NCBI GenBank assembly: GCA_030704615.1
Contig: CM060734.1
Coordinates: 33,852,001 to 33,916,000 of the forward strand
Reading direction: 5' to 3'
Source: Takakia lepidozioides
Taxonomy: Eukaryota; Plantae; Bryophyta
Length of the DNA: 64,000 nucleotides
Shown: positions 1-12,319 of the stretch, piece by piece
Numbering within the stretch: the stretch's first letter is position 1
Layout: every line of letters starts with the position of its first letter
Notes under the pieces: generated by a model
Database searches by the model: none
What the model saw: the letters and a program-made list of their open reading frames with translations, nothing else
Told to the model about the DNA's origin: nothing
Translations under genes and position numbers: made by a program

Positions 1-17
1 CTGTGGCAGGGCATAGC

Positions 18-260
18 TTAAGACCAAGAACTCTCACAACACTTAAAAGGTATAGCAGATATAGTGCATCCAGTGTCAACCACACAAGGAAAGCTGAGCT
101 CGTGGATATGGCACTCGGCCATGAGGGGACTGATTTGCTGGCCAGCAGTCTGTCGACTGAGAGGACAATGCAAAGCTTTAAAGTTAGTAGATAAAAACAG
201 CTTGAATCGGAACAGAAGAGACAGGGTTGGTAGATGATGGACCTCTTGCCCCCTTCCCAA
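18..260 (-). pseudogene. Retrotransposon aspartic protease fragment
   Basis: VVDTGCTISAIP catalytic motif directly downstream of gag. Confidence 0.75.
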
Positions 261-269
261 GAGATTGTG

Positions 270-880
270 CTAGTTTAAAGGAGGGGAAGAGCCATTAGCT
301 GTCTTCTTGTTCTTGATCAGCTCTGGTAGCCCTGCTCTGTCTGGACAATGCTTTGTCCAGTGTTCAAAAGACCCACAAATGTAACAGGCGGCACGATTGC
401 CCTCATAGGCTTGCCCAGTCTGGGTTCGACCTCTATTGTTACCCCCTGTCGTCCCTTGGCTATGTCGAGGCTGCCATCTCTGTTGATGAGTCTGCATGGC
501 AGCAAACTGAGTGGCCACAGACTCACTAAGACTTCCCACGGTATTAGCTAATCCCTGAAGAGTAAAATCATCAGCTTTGTATGTCATAGCAGGAGGAACA
601 TAGGGTGAGGATGTTGCAGACATGCCAAGCTCTAAGCCCACTGGAGATTGAAACTTGGCATGATGTTGCATTGATTTGCTGTTAGCCAAGTCTGCCATTT
701 TAAGATTGATTTCTGCTAACATAGTCTTGTCATTGACAAAATGACGTCGCTGAGCCCAATTCTGAATAGTGGAAGACAACCCAAGGAGAAAATACCTTTT
801 AACCATACGATCCCTCTCTGCCGGGTCTATGATATTTTCAACAACAGCAAATTTAAGATCCATGTAATACTTCCACAAGG
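270..880 (-). pseudogene. gag C-terminal half with CCHC zinc knuckle
   Basis: ORF 270..932: LWKYYMDLKFAV...CYICGSFEHWTKHC. Confidence 0.8.
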
Positions 881-1099
881 GCGGATGCCTCCGCGTGAGC
901 GTGTGAGCGCGGCCAAGCTCACGCCACATCACCGGTTCTCGCCACGTTGGCTCATGGGTCCGACGCCACGTCAGTAGTCTTCGCCAGCGTGGTTAACGCC
1001 ACGTCACGCCTCACCATGTCATTTCCACGGGCTTACCTATGACCGCAGACAGAACAGGGAGAAATGGGCCTATAGTCGCGGAATTGGTAGCCGTAGACT

Positions 1100-1100
<1 letters not shown>

Positions 1101-1141
<41 letters not shown>

Positions 1142-1830
1142 ATTTGACATTCGGCATTTGGGTGGATGTGATGATCGGTGCCGATCATTACTGTGGTTTA
1201 TTTATTTATTTTATTTTATTTTATTTTTTGCTTTTGACATTTGGCATTTGGGTGGATGTGATGATCGGTGCCGAAAATCACTTCTGTTGGTGCCGCCGAT
1301 CATTTTTTTTAAAAAATAATAATAATTTTAAATACTTTTCTTTCATTCGGCATTTGGGTGCCGACCATCACATCTATCGGTGCCGCCGATCATCACTCTC
1401 CGTTTTTTTTTTTTGTTTTGTTTTGTTTTTTGACATTCGGCATTTGGGTGGATTTGATGGTCGGCACCGACCATCACTTCTGTCGGTGCCGCTGATCATC
1501 ACTTTCTGTTTTTTTATTTTATATTTTTATTGGCTTTTGACATTCGGCATTTGGGCGGATGCGATGGTCGGTGCCAAAAATCACTTCTGTCAGTGCCGCC
1601 GATCTTTTTTTTTGGCTTTTGACATTCGGCATTTGGGTGGATGTGATGGTCGGTGTTGACAATCACTTCTGTCGGTGCCATCGATCATCACTTTCCGATT
1701 TTATTTTATTTTATTTTATTTAAATAAATTTAAGGTGGCTTTTGGGTGGATGTGATGGTCGGTGCCGACCATCACTTCTGTCGGTGCCGCCGATCATCAC
1801 TTTTGTTTTTTTTTTGTTTTTTTGTTTTGG
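1101..1830. repeat. Tandem array of ~7 palindromic ~90-110 bp units separated by T-rich tracts
   Basis: Repeated TTTGACATTCGGCATTTGGGTGGATGTGATG(A/G)TCGGTGCCGA(T/C)CATCACTTCTGTCGGTGCCGCCGATC; poly-T at 1101-1139. Confidence 0.9.
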
Positions 1831-2930
1831 TATGCTCAGGGAACGCCACTTGTTTCTAGAAATCCACATCTTGAAGAGGAGGAGAGATTCGGCTCATGTA
1901 AGAGGAAATTAAACACCCCACCTGGTTCGGATTCCGATTCGCACAGGGCAGACCGTGATAACTTTTCGAAGCCTCGTGTTCCCCTGCATGACAAATCCAT
2001 GTCCGGAACCTCCATTCTGGAGGAACCTCCGACATGACGGCAGACTCCAGCATCAAACAATGCCACTGAAATGATGCAGGAGAGAAACTACCCCCTTGAT
2101 GTGCTAGAGTCTATATGCCCTGACCACGTTTGGCACATAGAACTCACAAGTGCAGGGTCTCGTGTGAAATGTACAGCGATCAGGGCAACTAATTTCGAAA
2201 AGTGTACTTCATCTATATCCAGAGGTGGTGCCTGGACTCCTGCTCCGACTTTCATAGGTTTGATGCGTCCATACGGCCAACCAGAAGCCAAAAACCACAA
2301 GTTCTCGTTCTGCGCAGACGATTGTGGTAGATGTGTGCATGGAACTGTGCGTCCTTCCGTGGTGATGAAGCCAACTCCTCCAACCGTTTGGCCCGTCAAA
2401 GTGGGAACACATCTCACGAGTGAGGAGATTACAATGCTGGAGGAGGCAGACTTTTCCCTTGCGAGACAACCCCAACTGCATGCATGTGCTTCTACTTCTG
2501 CATCCTCTCGGGTCCCTCCGGCAAATCCTCACTTGTGGCCAACCAAACGAGATGGAAAGCTGGTTCGGCGTTTCCCTCCAACCGCTGAACACTTCGGCAA
2601 AGTGGAGTCCGCAAGAATGCTCTAAGCTCGTGTTGCAAGCACCACGGAAGTGCCCGATCCAGGATATGGTTGGCTGTACACAATGATCACTTCGACATCT
2701 GCTGTTCATGACAAGGCCTACGACATCACAGTTTCCAATTTCCCCAATTGCACATGTCCTGACTTTGTGAATATGCTATCAACCAGTTTGGGCAAGAGAG
2801 GTAAATTCATACCCTGCAAACATTTGTATTTCATATTTTTGAAGAGGATGGTTTGCGATCCCAAACGTGACAACTTCGTTCACCATGCCACTCTGAGTTT
2901 CAACGAGGTCGATACTTATTGCAGTGGGAT
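1831..2930 (+). pseudogene. SWIM zinc-finger protein (transposon-derived), 5'-truncated, two premature stops
   Basis: ORFs 1762..2037, 2071..2625 and 2650..3105 share one frame; YDITVSNFPNCTCPDF...IPCKHLYFIF matches the SWIM CxC..CxH pattern. Confidence 0.75.
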
Positions 2931-3588
2931 ACAACACATAGGTAGCATCTGCTATGCAATATGGTATGTGGACAACCATGCTATGAAATGTGCAATTTGC
3001 AACATTGTCATGGAAATTCAATTCAAATCAATTCATTTGCAACATCGTCGGCGGTGCAATGATATGGCGTCCCTTATCCATCCATTATGCTTCCAACTAT
3101 ACTGAGTGAGCTCCGAGTGACAACTTTTAAAAGCACATGCATCATTGCACCTTTCGAAGTCTACATGTTTTCCTGTCGCTATGCACTGCAATCATCTTTT
3201 GAAGATGATCCTAACTCTCATTGTTATTTGGGGAGGGAGCAAGGTCTTCCCGTGGCAGCCTCTATGGCGCATACTTTGTGAGGATATTTTCTCGTCCTTG
3301 TGATTGTAAAAGTGAAACAAACATTTGTAATTGCACAATGTTGGATGCTACAATTGTAGGCCCCATGGTAGTCTTCATTGTATTCAGGCAAGGATTCCCT
3401 GCATTAATCCCACGGTCATAGGACCATCCTCGGTTATAGGCGGCGCATGTTCATGCTGATGTGGCAGATGACGGCGCAGTGCCACATCAGCATTTGTCGC
3501 CATATCAGCCTGCTGACATCACGCTTATGCCACGTCGCTCCTGTGTGAGCGTACGCTCGCGCGCAAGGCTCATGCCATTGCGTCGTTG

Positions 3589-4865
3589 CTTCCACAAGGA
3601 TTCCCCAGGCTGGTAAGTCTTGGCCGAAAGCTTGGTAAAGCAATCCAGAGGCATCTCAGGAGGTTTGAACAAGGTCTTTACCCATTCCACCAGAGTTGCC
3701 CAGTTGAGGCTGGTATCATCCATGACGGCTGCATGCAGTAAGTCACGAGCTGGTCCCTTCATGCTCATCCTAAAGATCGCCATCTTGAAATTCTAAGGCA
3801 CTCCATTGACACTAGCAATGACCTCAAACATCTGAAGATACCTATCAAAGTCTTCTCCCATGGTATATTCTGGGTAAGGTTGAGTGGTCAGCTGGGGGAT
3901 CAGATGACAAGGCATGCTATGGTTGATGTGACCAGGGAGGAGAGACCCATGAGCAGGGCAATAGGGAACTATGGGAGCAGTATTACCATGCACATATCCA
4001 ACATTAGATGCAGAATTAGAACTCATACTATTATTGCTGACTGATCCTGTAGCAGCTGAAGCTGACAGACGTGACGCCATTGCGCCCATGGGGAGAGCAG
4101 GTATTGCCGCACTTGGCTGAGCAGCAGGGTTAGTAGACTGCAAGTGGGTTTGTGGCATTCCACTCATGGGAAGAGTGGATGCCACTCCCACCGGTTGTGT
4201 TGACACAGATCTCATACCGTTAAGAGGGATATTGCTAGCATGCATGCCCACGGACTGGCTAGAGACAAGATGTGGTGGCACCCCAGCCTGTGAAGCAGGG
4301 AGAGCACCCACTGATTGGCCAATGATGGCAAGAGGCGGAGCAGCAGACATACTAGATGGCCCTTGCATCATGACATCCCCACCTTGAACAACACCATGCA
4401 CGTTCAACACATGAAGACTGCCCACATGCATACCCGAATTTACAGGCAACAAGTTCCCTCCCCCGAGAGTGGGACTAGGGAAATTCACAACAAGCAGCAC
4501 ACTAGGACTCAAGTTAGCAACCTGGGCCGACATACTGCTCGTAGTAGCCCAGACATCCGAGCCAGACCCTTCAATCCCCTGGACATGAATAGGATGGGAG
4601 GGCAGACCGTTTGATTCCCGAGCCAGCGTAGGCTCAGTCCGTCTAGCCACCAAGGCCTCATCACACTGATCATAGACAGAAAGGCCCTCGAGGGTGACTA
4701 TCCCAGACCCCTCATCAACCAATGTAATACCAGTTGGGGACTCTACAACTGCTCCCATCGTCCCAACATTCAAAAATTCACCATGAAATTACCTGCCTGC
4801 AAGTTGTCCGATCCCTCATTCACTTCTACTATACTTTCGGCCAGCGGCTCTCCTGAATTATTCAT
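3589..4865 (-). pseudogene. gag N-terminal half
   Basis: ORFs 3793..4773 and 3505..3783 are in frame across one stop; low-complexity N-terminus then PYPEYTMGEDFDRYLQMFEVIA...TYQPGESLWK. Confidence 0.7.
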
Positions 4866-6039
4866 GGACCTCTGTCTTCTGGATCTCAACCAAGTAGTTC
4901 TAGAATCACCTAGCATACAAGAAACGAGGTTGGATTGGAGGCATAACCTTTAAGCAGCAGGGATGTGGAGCATGGGCCAAGCACTTGGCGAGCTGTCTTC
5001 TGGAACCCAAGTGGAACCATACACCACCCTCAGCACCTTGTGTGACTATAACTCGTAGATCCCCAACGCCAGCCACTCCCAACCATCAGCTCCTTTAAGC
5101 CAAAAACCAACGCGGGTGGTGCCACCCTCTCTCCATGTGCGCGAAAGCACAGTCAAGTTTGAACAGTCACTCAATCTCTCAAACGCGCTCGTGCGAACCA
5201 CTCGCTGTGAAACAAAGGTAGTGCCCACACCCAAGACCACTAGATTAGATGACTGTACTATCAAGGCCCCACCCGTCAGACCATCAATTAACTGTGAATA
5301 AGTAGGTGCCAAGGCGCAGGGCCGGAGCTGAAACCGTAGTGCCCTCAAGATCAAAGCCCCCGTGCCTTGTAACATCAACGACATCCAACTTTGCCCTACC
5401 ACATCCATGATGAAGCTCTGCACTTCGAACACCAGAAAGAGGTAGATACAAGCCAACTTCCAACCAGGTCAATTCACGATGGTTCAGAAAATGCGACTTG
5501 ATCGTCCTAGACGGTAGACGCTCTTCGTTGCGTAGCTCAAATTCGCGCTTAGCAAGCTGTCTGGCTCTGGATACCACCGCACCAGGCTCAAGCAAAGGTC
5601 GCGTGAACAGGGCCTCGTGATGACTAGTTAGTGCAGCAAGATCACCTACAATATCTCTCTCTAGACGCTCAAACCGAAGCTGATCTTCGTCACATATCTC
5701 ACACAACAAATCATCTACTTCCTGCGACAACTCAATGTCTCTCTCCAATTCTGTTGCTTGCTGCCTACTTTAAAAATATTTAGGGCTTGGATCCACAAAG
5801 TTGTTAAAGTTATAGTAGTCCGGGTCACAGCTATCTAGAGAGCTGTCAGACTTCTCAAACCTTGGCGACCATGCCTCTGCCTCCCCCAGATTATTATAAT
5901 CACTACCACCAGGAGAACCCAATGAAACAACAAGGGCTGGAACGCAAGCAGTAGGCTCAGGAAGTGGCGACGCTGGCAAGGCAACACTGCCAGGCCGCGC
6001 GCCGTTGGCAGTGTTAGCAACAGCAAGAATGTCCGCAGG

Positions 6040-7223
6040 GTGAGAGATGAGGTGAAAGAAAGAATTAATGCCAGGACCTTGGTGAGCTGACAAGTAGCTT
6101 CCTGAGAGTAGTGGATTGCGGCGATGGCAGCTGCGGTCATGGGAAACGTGTAAGCCCACCAAGCAAATGAAAACCTGCACATTTGAGCATCGTTTAGAGC
6201 CTGATCTTTGTGAACGAAACTGAAGTACAAAACGCGTTCGAAAGACAAGTTTGTTTTCTAGAGCACACAGATTTTGAGGGAGAGAACAAGGCTGGCTGAG
6301 CAACAGTGATTGCCAGCATGGATTCATGCGAGGAGGGTATTAGAGAAATGATCAACTGGAAGATCGGGGAATTACGGAATGCTGCGCAGACCAAAATTCG
6401 CATTGGTAAGAAACACTTACCGAATTCCTCGGAAGAGGTTGATGCGAACAACGAAAGATGTATAGAGGAAGAGAGCAACAAAGAAAACAATTTTTGAGAC
6501 AACATCGAAGGTGCCTGTGATGTGCTTCCACGCCACACTGGCAGTGCTGGGGGCCGCCACAAATAGAAAGAAGACCGGGTGGAGCTCTTTGGGCAGCGAC
6601 TCGTTGGTCGGTAATCTCTGATAGAGAGTGACAAAGAGCACTAGATAGTGCGCAAGGCCCACAGCCCAGAAGAAGAAAGCTGCCTCCTTCCAACCTACAC
6701 TTGCTCCCAGTAACGCGCCCACGAAGTTTCCCACGACAGATAAATGGGTGGATGGATTGGCCACTTTAGAGAGTCGTCTCTTCCCTCCCGAAAGCCACTG
6801 ACCATAGATTTTAAGCTCCAGCAGGAGGATGGGAAACATAAAGACACACCAGAGTGCTGGATGAATAGAGGTTGCAATGGCAGGGGGCACTCCAAGTGTT
6901 AGAAACATCCCCGCAATCCAAGGGGCAAAAAAGAAGTTCACGCGGACGGGATGCTGGAATTCTCGCTTTACAGCTTCGAGGTAGAATATTATCTTCAAAG
7001 TGTAGGTGGAGAAAATCAGTATAAGTGACAGTAGAGCCAGGCACCAGAGCGAGAGATTGATTGTAAGTGGCACGTGGAAGAACTCCCTCTCTGAAGTCAT
7101 AGCAAGATCCTTCCACAAAATGGTTTGACTGCCGAGCCCCATACTCACACCAAAGCATCCGATAGGAAAGCGAAGCAGGAATGGCCATTGCTCGTCGTTT
7201 GGAAGCAGTAGGTCCTCTGAGTC
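6040..7223 (-). pseudogene. SLAC1: SLAC1/SLAH S-type anion channel fragment (exons 7223-6421 and 6174-~6040); lacks the N-terminal exon and the end of TM10/C-terminus in this window
   Basis: DSEDLLLPNDEQWPFLLRFPIGCFG, HPVRVNFFFAPW, GGKRRLSKVANPSTHLSVVGNFVG, LPKELHPVFFLFVAAPS, RFSFAWWAYTFPMT; GT-AG intron 6420-6175 in phase. Confidence 0.85.
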
Positions 7224-7353
7224 CTGAGGATGCAAAGGAGGATCTCGGGTCAGTATGGCGTACTGTATTGAAGAGTTACAGTGAGCATCCAATGCTGCCA
7301 ACCTCAGGAGGATTTAAAGGCGATGAAGGTGCACAGGATGAGAAGTATGCAGG

Positions 7354-8537
7354 CTGACCGCAGTGGTGGGTTCTAGTGGAGCCGGCAAAAGCACTATTGT
7401 GCAGCTACTTGCTCGTTTCTATGAGGTCTTGTCTTGTTCTCTCTTGGATTGTGCGAGCTCGTGAGGATCTTAGTCTATGTCTTGATCTCTTTAATGTCGT
7501 CCACTTGCCAGGCATCATTACACATCTATTTGATACCAGTCTTGAAAAAGGAATGTGCCTTATGTGAAGGAGCTTGGTAACTACACTTTGTGATTGGCAT
7601 CCAGTGGCAGTATTCTACATCCCTCCGCATTGCTACAAAATCCATGCAGTAACAAACCATAACACCCCATGATTCAGCTAATGTTTTCCCCCCTGTCGAC
7701 CTATTTGACCTTTCATAGTCATATTCAGGCTAGAGGATCACAATGATTGGTCGTCGCTTACAATAGGATCTAAGTTTGGCACAGTTCATGATTTCTGTTG
7801 TTGTATCTTGGCAGCCAACCAGTGGTAGGCTATCCCTTGCTGGAAGGGACGTACGGAAATTTGACAAGACCGAATGGGCTCGGGCTGTTTCTATCGTGAA
7901 CCAGGTATACAAAAACTCTCATTGTGCCTTAATAGTACACACAATAGGCACAGTCATCCTGCTTGTGAGAAGTACCATTCTCCCCCCCTCACCAGGCTTA
8001 GCATCATACATGTTCCTTATTGTGAATAATGTGAACAACTTTCTATGCTACTTGGCTGAATGTGGGTGCTGCAGGAGCCAGTGTTGTTTGCAATGTCAGT
8101 CGCAGACAATATTGCTTATGGTCTGCCCAATGAGGAAGTGTCCCGAGAAGACATCATTGATGCTGCAAAAGCTGCTAATGCCCATGACTTTGTGTCATCT
8201 CTCCCTCAGGTAACTACATGCAGGGTTTGGTAGGCAGATACGATGGGCCCTGGTCAACATTCTCATCAATTTTGACTCTCTAGGAATTACTGGACAAAGT
8301 GTGCTTGGGTTTTCTTGCAGGATTGTCCTTTGTACTGTGGTCTCAGGCTATACTTTGTCGGTGAGTGGGCCATGAGAAAGTCCTCATGACAGCTGGCGGG
8401 TTCTAATCAGTGAGTGTTTTAGTGCTATTGTTTGGCTAATGAGCAGGCTCAGCATGTGATAAAGAGTGCTGGCTGTGCAGGGCTATGAGACAATGGTGGG
8501 AGAGCGTGGAAGTCTTCTAAGTGGGGGCCAACGGCAG
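7354..8537 (+). pseudogene. ABC transporter B family (ABCB28-like) NBD fragment, 4 exons: 7354-7425, 7815-7904, 8075-8209, 8481-8537
   Basis: Splices to LTAVVGSSGAGKSTIVQLLARFYE/PTSGRLSLAGRDVRKFDKTEWARAVSIVNQ/EPVLFAMSVADNIAYGLP...AANAHDFVSSLPQ/GYETMVGERGSLLSGGQRQ (Walker A, Q-loop, signature); no TM or Walker B exons found. Confidence 0.85.
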
Positions 8538-8829
8538 GTAGGCACTAAAATCCAAGAAGCTAATCACACCCAGTGAAGTGAAAATACTTGTGGACTTTGG
8601 TGTATGTGTTGAACATCAACTCTGGGCAGTAGAGGGCTGGTTGAACAGCGAAATTTTCAGAGAAGATCCATTTTGGGATCATGTAAAATAATATGGCACA
8701 AGGTAATCCAATTGCGAAACGCAAATGAAACTGGGGATGCACCGAGGTTACCATCTTGGGTGTTTATAAGGTCAAGTGTCTATTCCCTGGAGAGCAATTT
8801 CTTGGACTTCTGGGTAGAAAAGAGGGGTG

Positions 8830-10600
8830 ACTAGCAGATGAACGACCCATGTGCCTTTGCTATAGCAACTGATTTGAAGGCGGCATCAATCAAAACATGG
8901 ACACCAGAGTTGTTGGAAACAAAACGGGAGGAGCAACAACAACAACACCAGCAGAATGAGCTGTGGCAGCAGGGTCAGCCTCTACACTAGGATTAGCTTC
9001 GATAGCAAGTGCCACGCTAATATGAAGAAATAAGCTCTCCCCCTCTCTGCGAGCTACACAAGACAAGTCACGAATGGCAGCCATCCCCTGCAATCACACC
9101 CCAACGCACATCGTGAGACGGCAAAATCATAGTAGCAGGAGAAAATATGGCAAAGCGAGGAGCCGCCATCGATAACACGCATTAGCGAACCAATTAGGCA
9201 GCAGGATGTAGAGCAGATCCCGCGAAAAGACCTAATTGATCCTGACAGTGCGGGCAGGATCCACCACGCCTAGAGTACCCGACGTCTCCACCATAAAACA
9301 AGCCTGAAACATATACTCCTTTCCTCTCAAGAAGCGAGGTTGCACAACAAAGGGGTGAGCAGAAAGAGCAAACAACGCGCAAGAGGAGGATCAAACACAC
9401 GAATCAGGCGCTAAGCAGCTCTCATCCAAAAACTTGTACACCAAAAATCACATATAAACCAACACCCGAGTACACCGCCCTGATCTTGTGTCAGGGTGCC
9501 GTCTTTATACAAAAAGCCCTAGCTATAGTGGCCCGCCGCGTGGTGAGGCATCACAGGCCAAAGCCCACTGCGCTGCCTTGTGGCCCTAGATTAGATGAAG
9601 GGCCAGGATCGAGCCACCTGCAAAAACCAACCCTAACCTAAATATCATTGTAATGGTTTAACGGCTTCATACGCCAAGAAATATACTATGGATGTGTATC
9701 GCCGTTTTGGATGAAACGGGCTATTTTCCGGCTGAGCAAATATGGGGCTTTACAAGCCCGCCACCGCTGTTTTGTCCCTAGAATCTAAGTGACGTTGTTT
9801 GTCACCGTGCCCAGAGGCAGCAGGCCATCGCTCCGGGGGGCCTATAATGTGAGATGGGTCTGCCAGATCCGGAGCTCCATTGTTTGAGTGCCTTGAGCCG
9901 ATTGACAGAGCGCAGGGCTCCTGATTAAGAGTGAGGAGGCGGGTGAACCGCCAACCTCCCAGCTTCCCACCACCGTGGACATAATGCTGAGGGACTGTAT
10001 TACTCATGAGGCCCTGTTTGGGAGCCTATTGCCTGGCAAAAAGGGGCGGAATGGGGGTGTTGTACATACTTGAACTCGAAAAAGTTGAGGTTTCCCTAGC
10101 AGGTGAGATTTCGATGTAGGCCTATCATTGGCACCAAACCTCCAACTGGGATAGAGAGGAGTCGGGTGGTAGAGCTGCCACCACAAACTGAGGGAACTTG
10201 AGCTAGCCACCGACAGAATAGTCACCACACTTAGAATTGTATAAATCATGGGTTGGGTGTTGGCCTGGTGCTGGTCTTCATGACTGCTGGCCTGATAACG
10301 AGCTTGAGAGCTGATGCGCCTGACCCGCCGAGCAAGGAGGCACATAACGATCGTAGAACACATAAGCAAGTAAATCTGAGAGAAAATAAACGAGAAATGG
10401 CTTGAAAGATGCATGAAGAAGAGGCGAGTCGTACTGGGAGGGGGAAGAGAAGCAGATATGTTGAAGGACTGCTGGGCAATGTAAAAGCCACAGAACGGGC
10501 TATGGCGGGAGATGGAGCTAAACACGAAGCAAGGGTTAATTTAGTGGAACCGCTAAAGAGAGGGGTAAAGACCGTGAAAGAAGCGAGAAGATGGTGAAAC
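8830..10600 (-). mobile_element. Probable degraded LTR-retrotransposon remnant(s)
   Basis: Degenerate iMet-PBS-like TGGATGAGAGC (~9417-9428, minus strand) next to TGTACA at ~9436; no clear protein motif. Confidence 0.3.
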
Positions 10601-10672
10601 CCTATAGATTTAGTCATGGGCTAAAAATTTAGTGGAAACTGGCGGAAACAAAACAACCGTCTCGCTTATATT

Positions 10673-10812
10673 GATGACGCCTCCCCCCAAGGAAGCATAA
10701 ATTATGGTGTCTCGAACACAAAGGGCTACTGCCTTCCCCAAGGAAGGTGGACACTTTTGTGACACCAAGTGGTGGATGGAACCCACAACCACTTCCAAGG
10801 TGGTATGTGAGA
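10673..10812 (-). mobile_element. tRNA-derived SINE copy with degenerate 5' end
   Basis: Reverse complement aligns along its length with the SINE at 25709-25879 (CACATACCAC..GGTTGTGGGTTC..GTGTCCACCTTCCT..GGAAGGCAGTAGCCCTT..TTATGCTTCCTT..GGAGGCGTCAT). Confidence 0.7.
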
Positions 10813-11571
10813 GTATTACGACCTACGTATATATGTTGTAGACATGAACTGTGCACCAAGGATACTAACGATTCCACAACATTATGCCCGGTGTCTTCAG
10901 GTCTTCGGTGATCTCACGGCACTCACGACAACGTGACAATTTTCTCTTCATCTCAATTCCATTGACCCCATCTCCAACACTTGTGTCTTGGGTCAAACGT
11001 TCATAGGTTGTTTTACTGACTTTGATAGGATTTTGATGTGGCAACTCAGCAACTTCCTTACACTTACAAAACATCCCTTGATGCATGGTTATAGATATGT
11101 TCGTCCACTAACATTGTAATTTGAAATGGATTTGACCCCCTTCGAACTGAGGGGCATAACTTATTCAAATCTTCATCAATTGAGTCAAGCCCAAGTGCAT
11201 TAGATAGCCCATCACAAGGTATCTATTGATCCATTATTCACAAAATTTGGATTCTAGCAGGCCAATATTGGTTGCAGGCTTCCAGAAGTGATAGGGCATT
11301 ATCTCCAGGTATGAACTGTTGATATTCATTCTACAATTCTCAGTAAAAATTTGCTGACCAACATGCCAGTTTCTTTTACCTCAGCTCTGGACCCACTATA
11401 CCCTAATTGTCACTTAGACTTAGACTGGTTTCCCTATCATAAAGTAGGGCTTCCTTAATAGAAAGTAGTAGCCCAATGAAGCATTCATTTGTGCTAGCTC
11501 CAAATCGTCTTCTGTGATTGTGATAAAAGCTTATTTCAACTTCGCCAATTGCAAATTGGCGGTGGTTCTGC

Positions 11572-12135
11572 CTAGAGAAGACTCACACTGGCGCAGGGAT
11601 TGCACTGCCGTAATGCATCTCCAGTAAGGTAGCATTTTCTGAAGTGAGGCTTAATGGCAGCACCCATTACTTCAACAAATTTGATGGCGTCAACGTTCCA
11701 ACGAAGAACACTCAACGCCATTCTTTCCATAACATGGTATCCTGTCTTGGCCAGATATGATGAATAATTTTAGAAGACATGCACAACTCCTGTAGTGCTG
11801 CGGCTGCAGTCGTCGATGACCCTGAAGGTTCCGTCCCAGGATCGACCACGGGAGAGGTGATCATTAATTCTTGCGCGCTGTCTCTGAAGGCATCCATGCG
11901 GTCCGCGTTCCGAGTTATCGTTTTCTCCTTCGTCCACAGGAGATGCCGGAACATCAGTGCTAATTTCAATCACGAATACAGGGGGGCCATGGAAGGCGGG
12001 CACATTGAACAGCAACGCATCCAGACCTGCTTCTGTGGCCACACATGCTTGTTTAACAAACTCTGCTAGCTCTTGCACCAGCGCAGCTATGGTGGGGACA
12101 TCGTTGGGCTTTGCAAGTCTGACGATGGCTGCCAT
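11572..12135 (-). pseudogene. GNAT N-acetyltransferase (NATA1/diamine acetyltransferase-like) pseudogene
   Basis: VRLAKPNDVPTIAALVQELAEF...VF*NYSSYLAKTGY...VLRWNVDAIKFVEVMGA...CYLTGDALRQC; in-frame TAA at 11770-11772; the acetyl-CoA-binding motif A segment is missing. Confidence 0.8.
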
Positions 12136-12319
12136 CGCGAGCGAGCTCTACTACACTCTCTCCTTCGCCGTTGTCCAGTCGACACTGGAAGCTGGATAGA
12201 GTTGGCGAGGGCCAAGTGGCAACACTGCAAGAGCGCCACCTGTTCTAAAAGGGTGACACCTTCTTCTCTCTCCCTCGCTTCCTCCTTCCTTCTCGCTGCC
12301 GTGACGGAGGGTAGAAGCT

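Larger units (their letters stand above)
881..3588 (+). mobile_element. MULE-like DNA transposon derivative carrying a SWIM zinc-finger ORF
   Basis: Direct repeat CTTCCACAAGG at 870-880 and 3589-3599 (TSD 9-11 bp); removing the insert restores the gag frame. Inverted subterminal motif CCTATGACCG 1036-1045 / CGGTCATAGG 3413-3422. SWIM motif inside. Confidence 0.75.
1..6038 (-). mobile_element. Degenerate LTR retrotransposon (probably Ty3/Gypsy), gag-protease part, running off the left edge and interrupted by a nested insertion at 881-3588
   Basis: Gag motifs (GEDFDRYLQMFE; QPGESLWKYYMDL once the insertion is removed), CCHC knuckle CYICGSFEHWTKHC (~343-384) and aspartic protease CVVDTGCTISAIP (~50-90). 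Several stops and frameshifts. The right boundary is inferred from where SLAC1 homology stops; no LTR pair is visible. Confidence 0.75.

Noticed and set aside
1039-1830. 206-aa Phe-rich ORF / CRISPR-like appearance
   Set aside because: Translation of a tandem repeat; spacers are low-complexity T tracts, there are no cas genes and the context is eukaryotic
5564-5576. tRNA-iMet PBS (TGGTATCCAGAGC, minus strand)
   Set aside because: One-base insertion relative to the consensus and not preceded by an LTR-terminal CA; too weak to call
11770-11772. Stop codon repaired by U-to-C editing
   Set aside because: Nuclear locus with additional deletions and frameshifts; reverse editing is organellar
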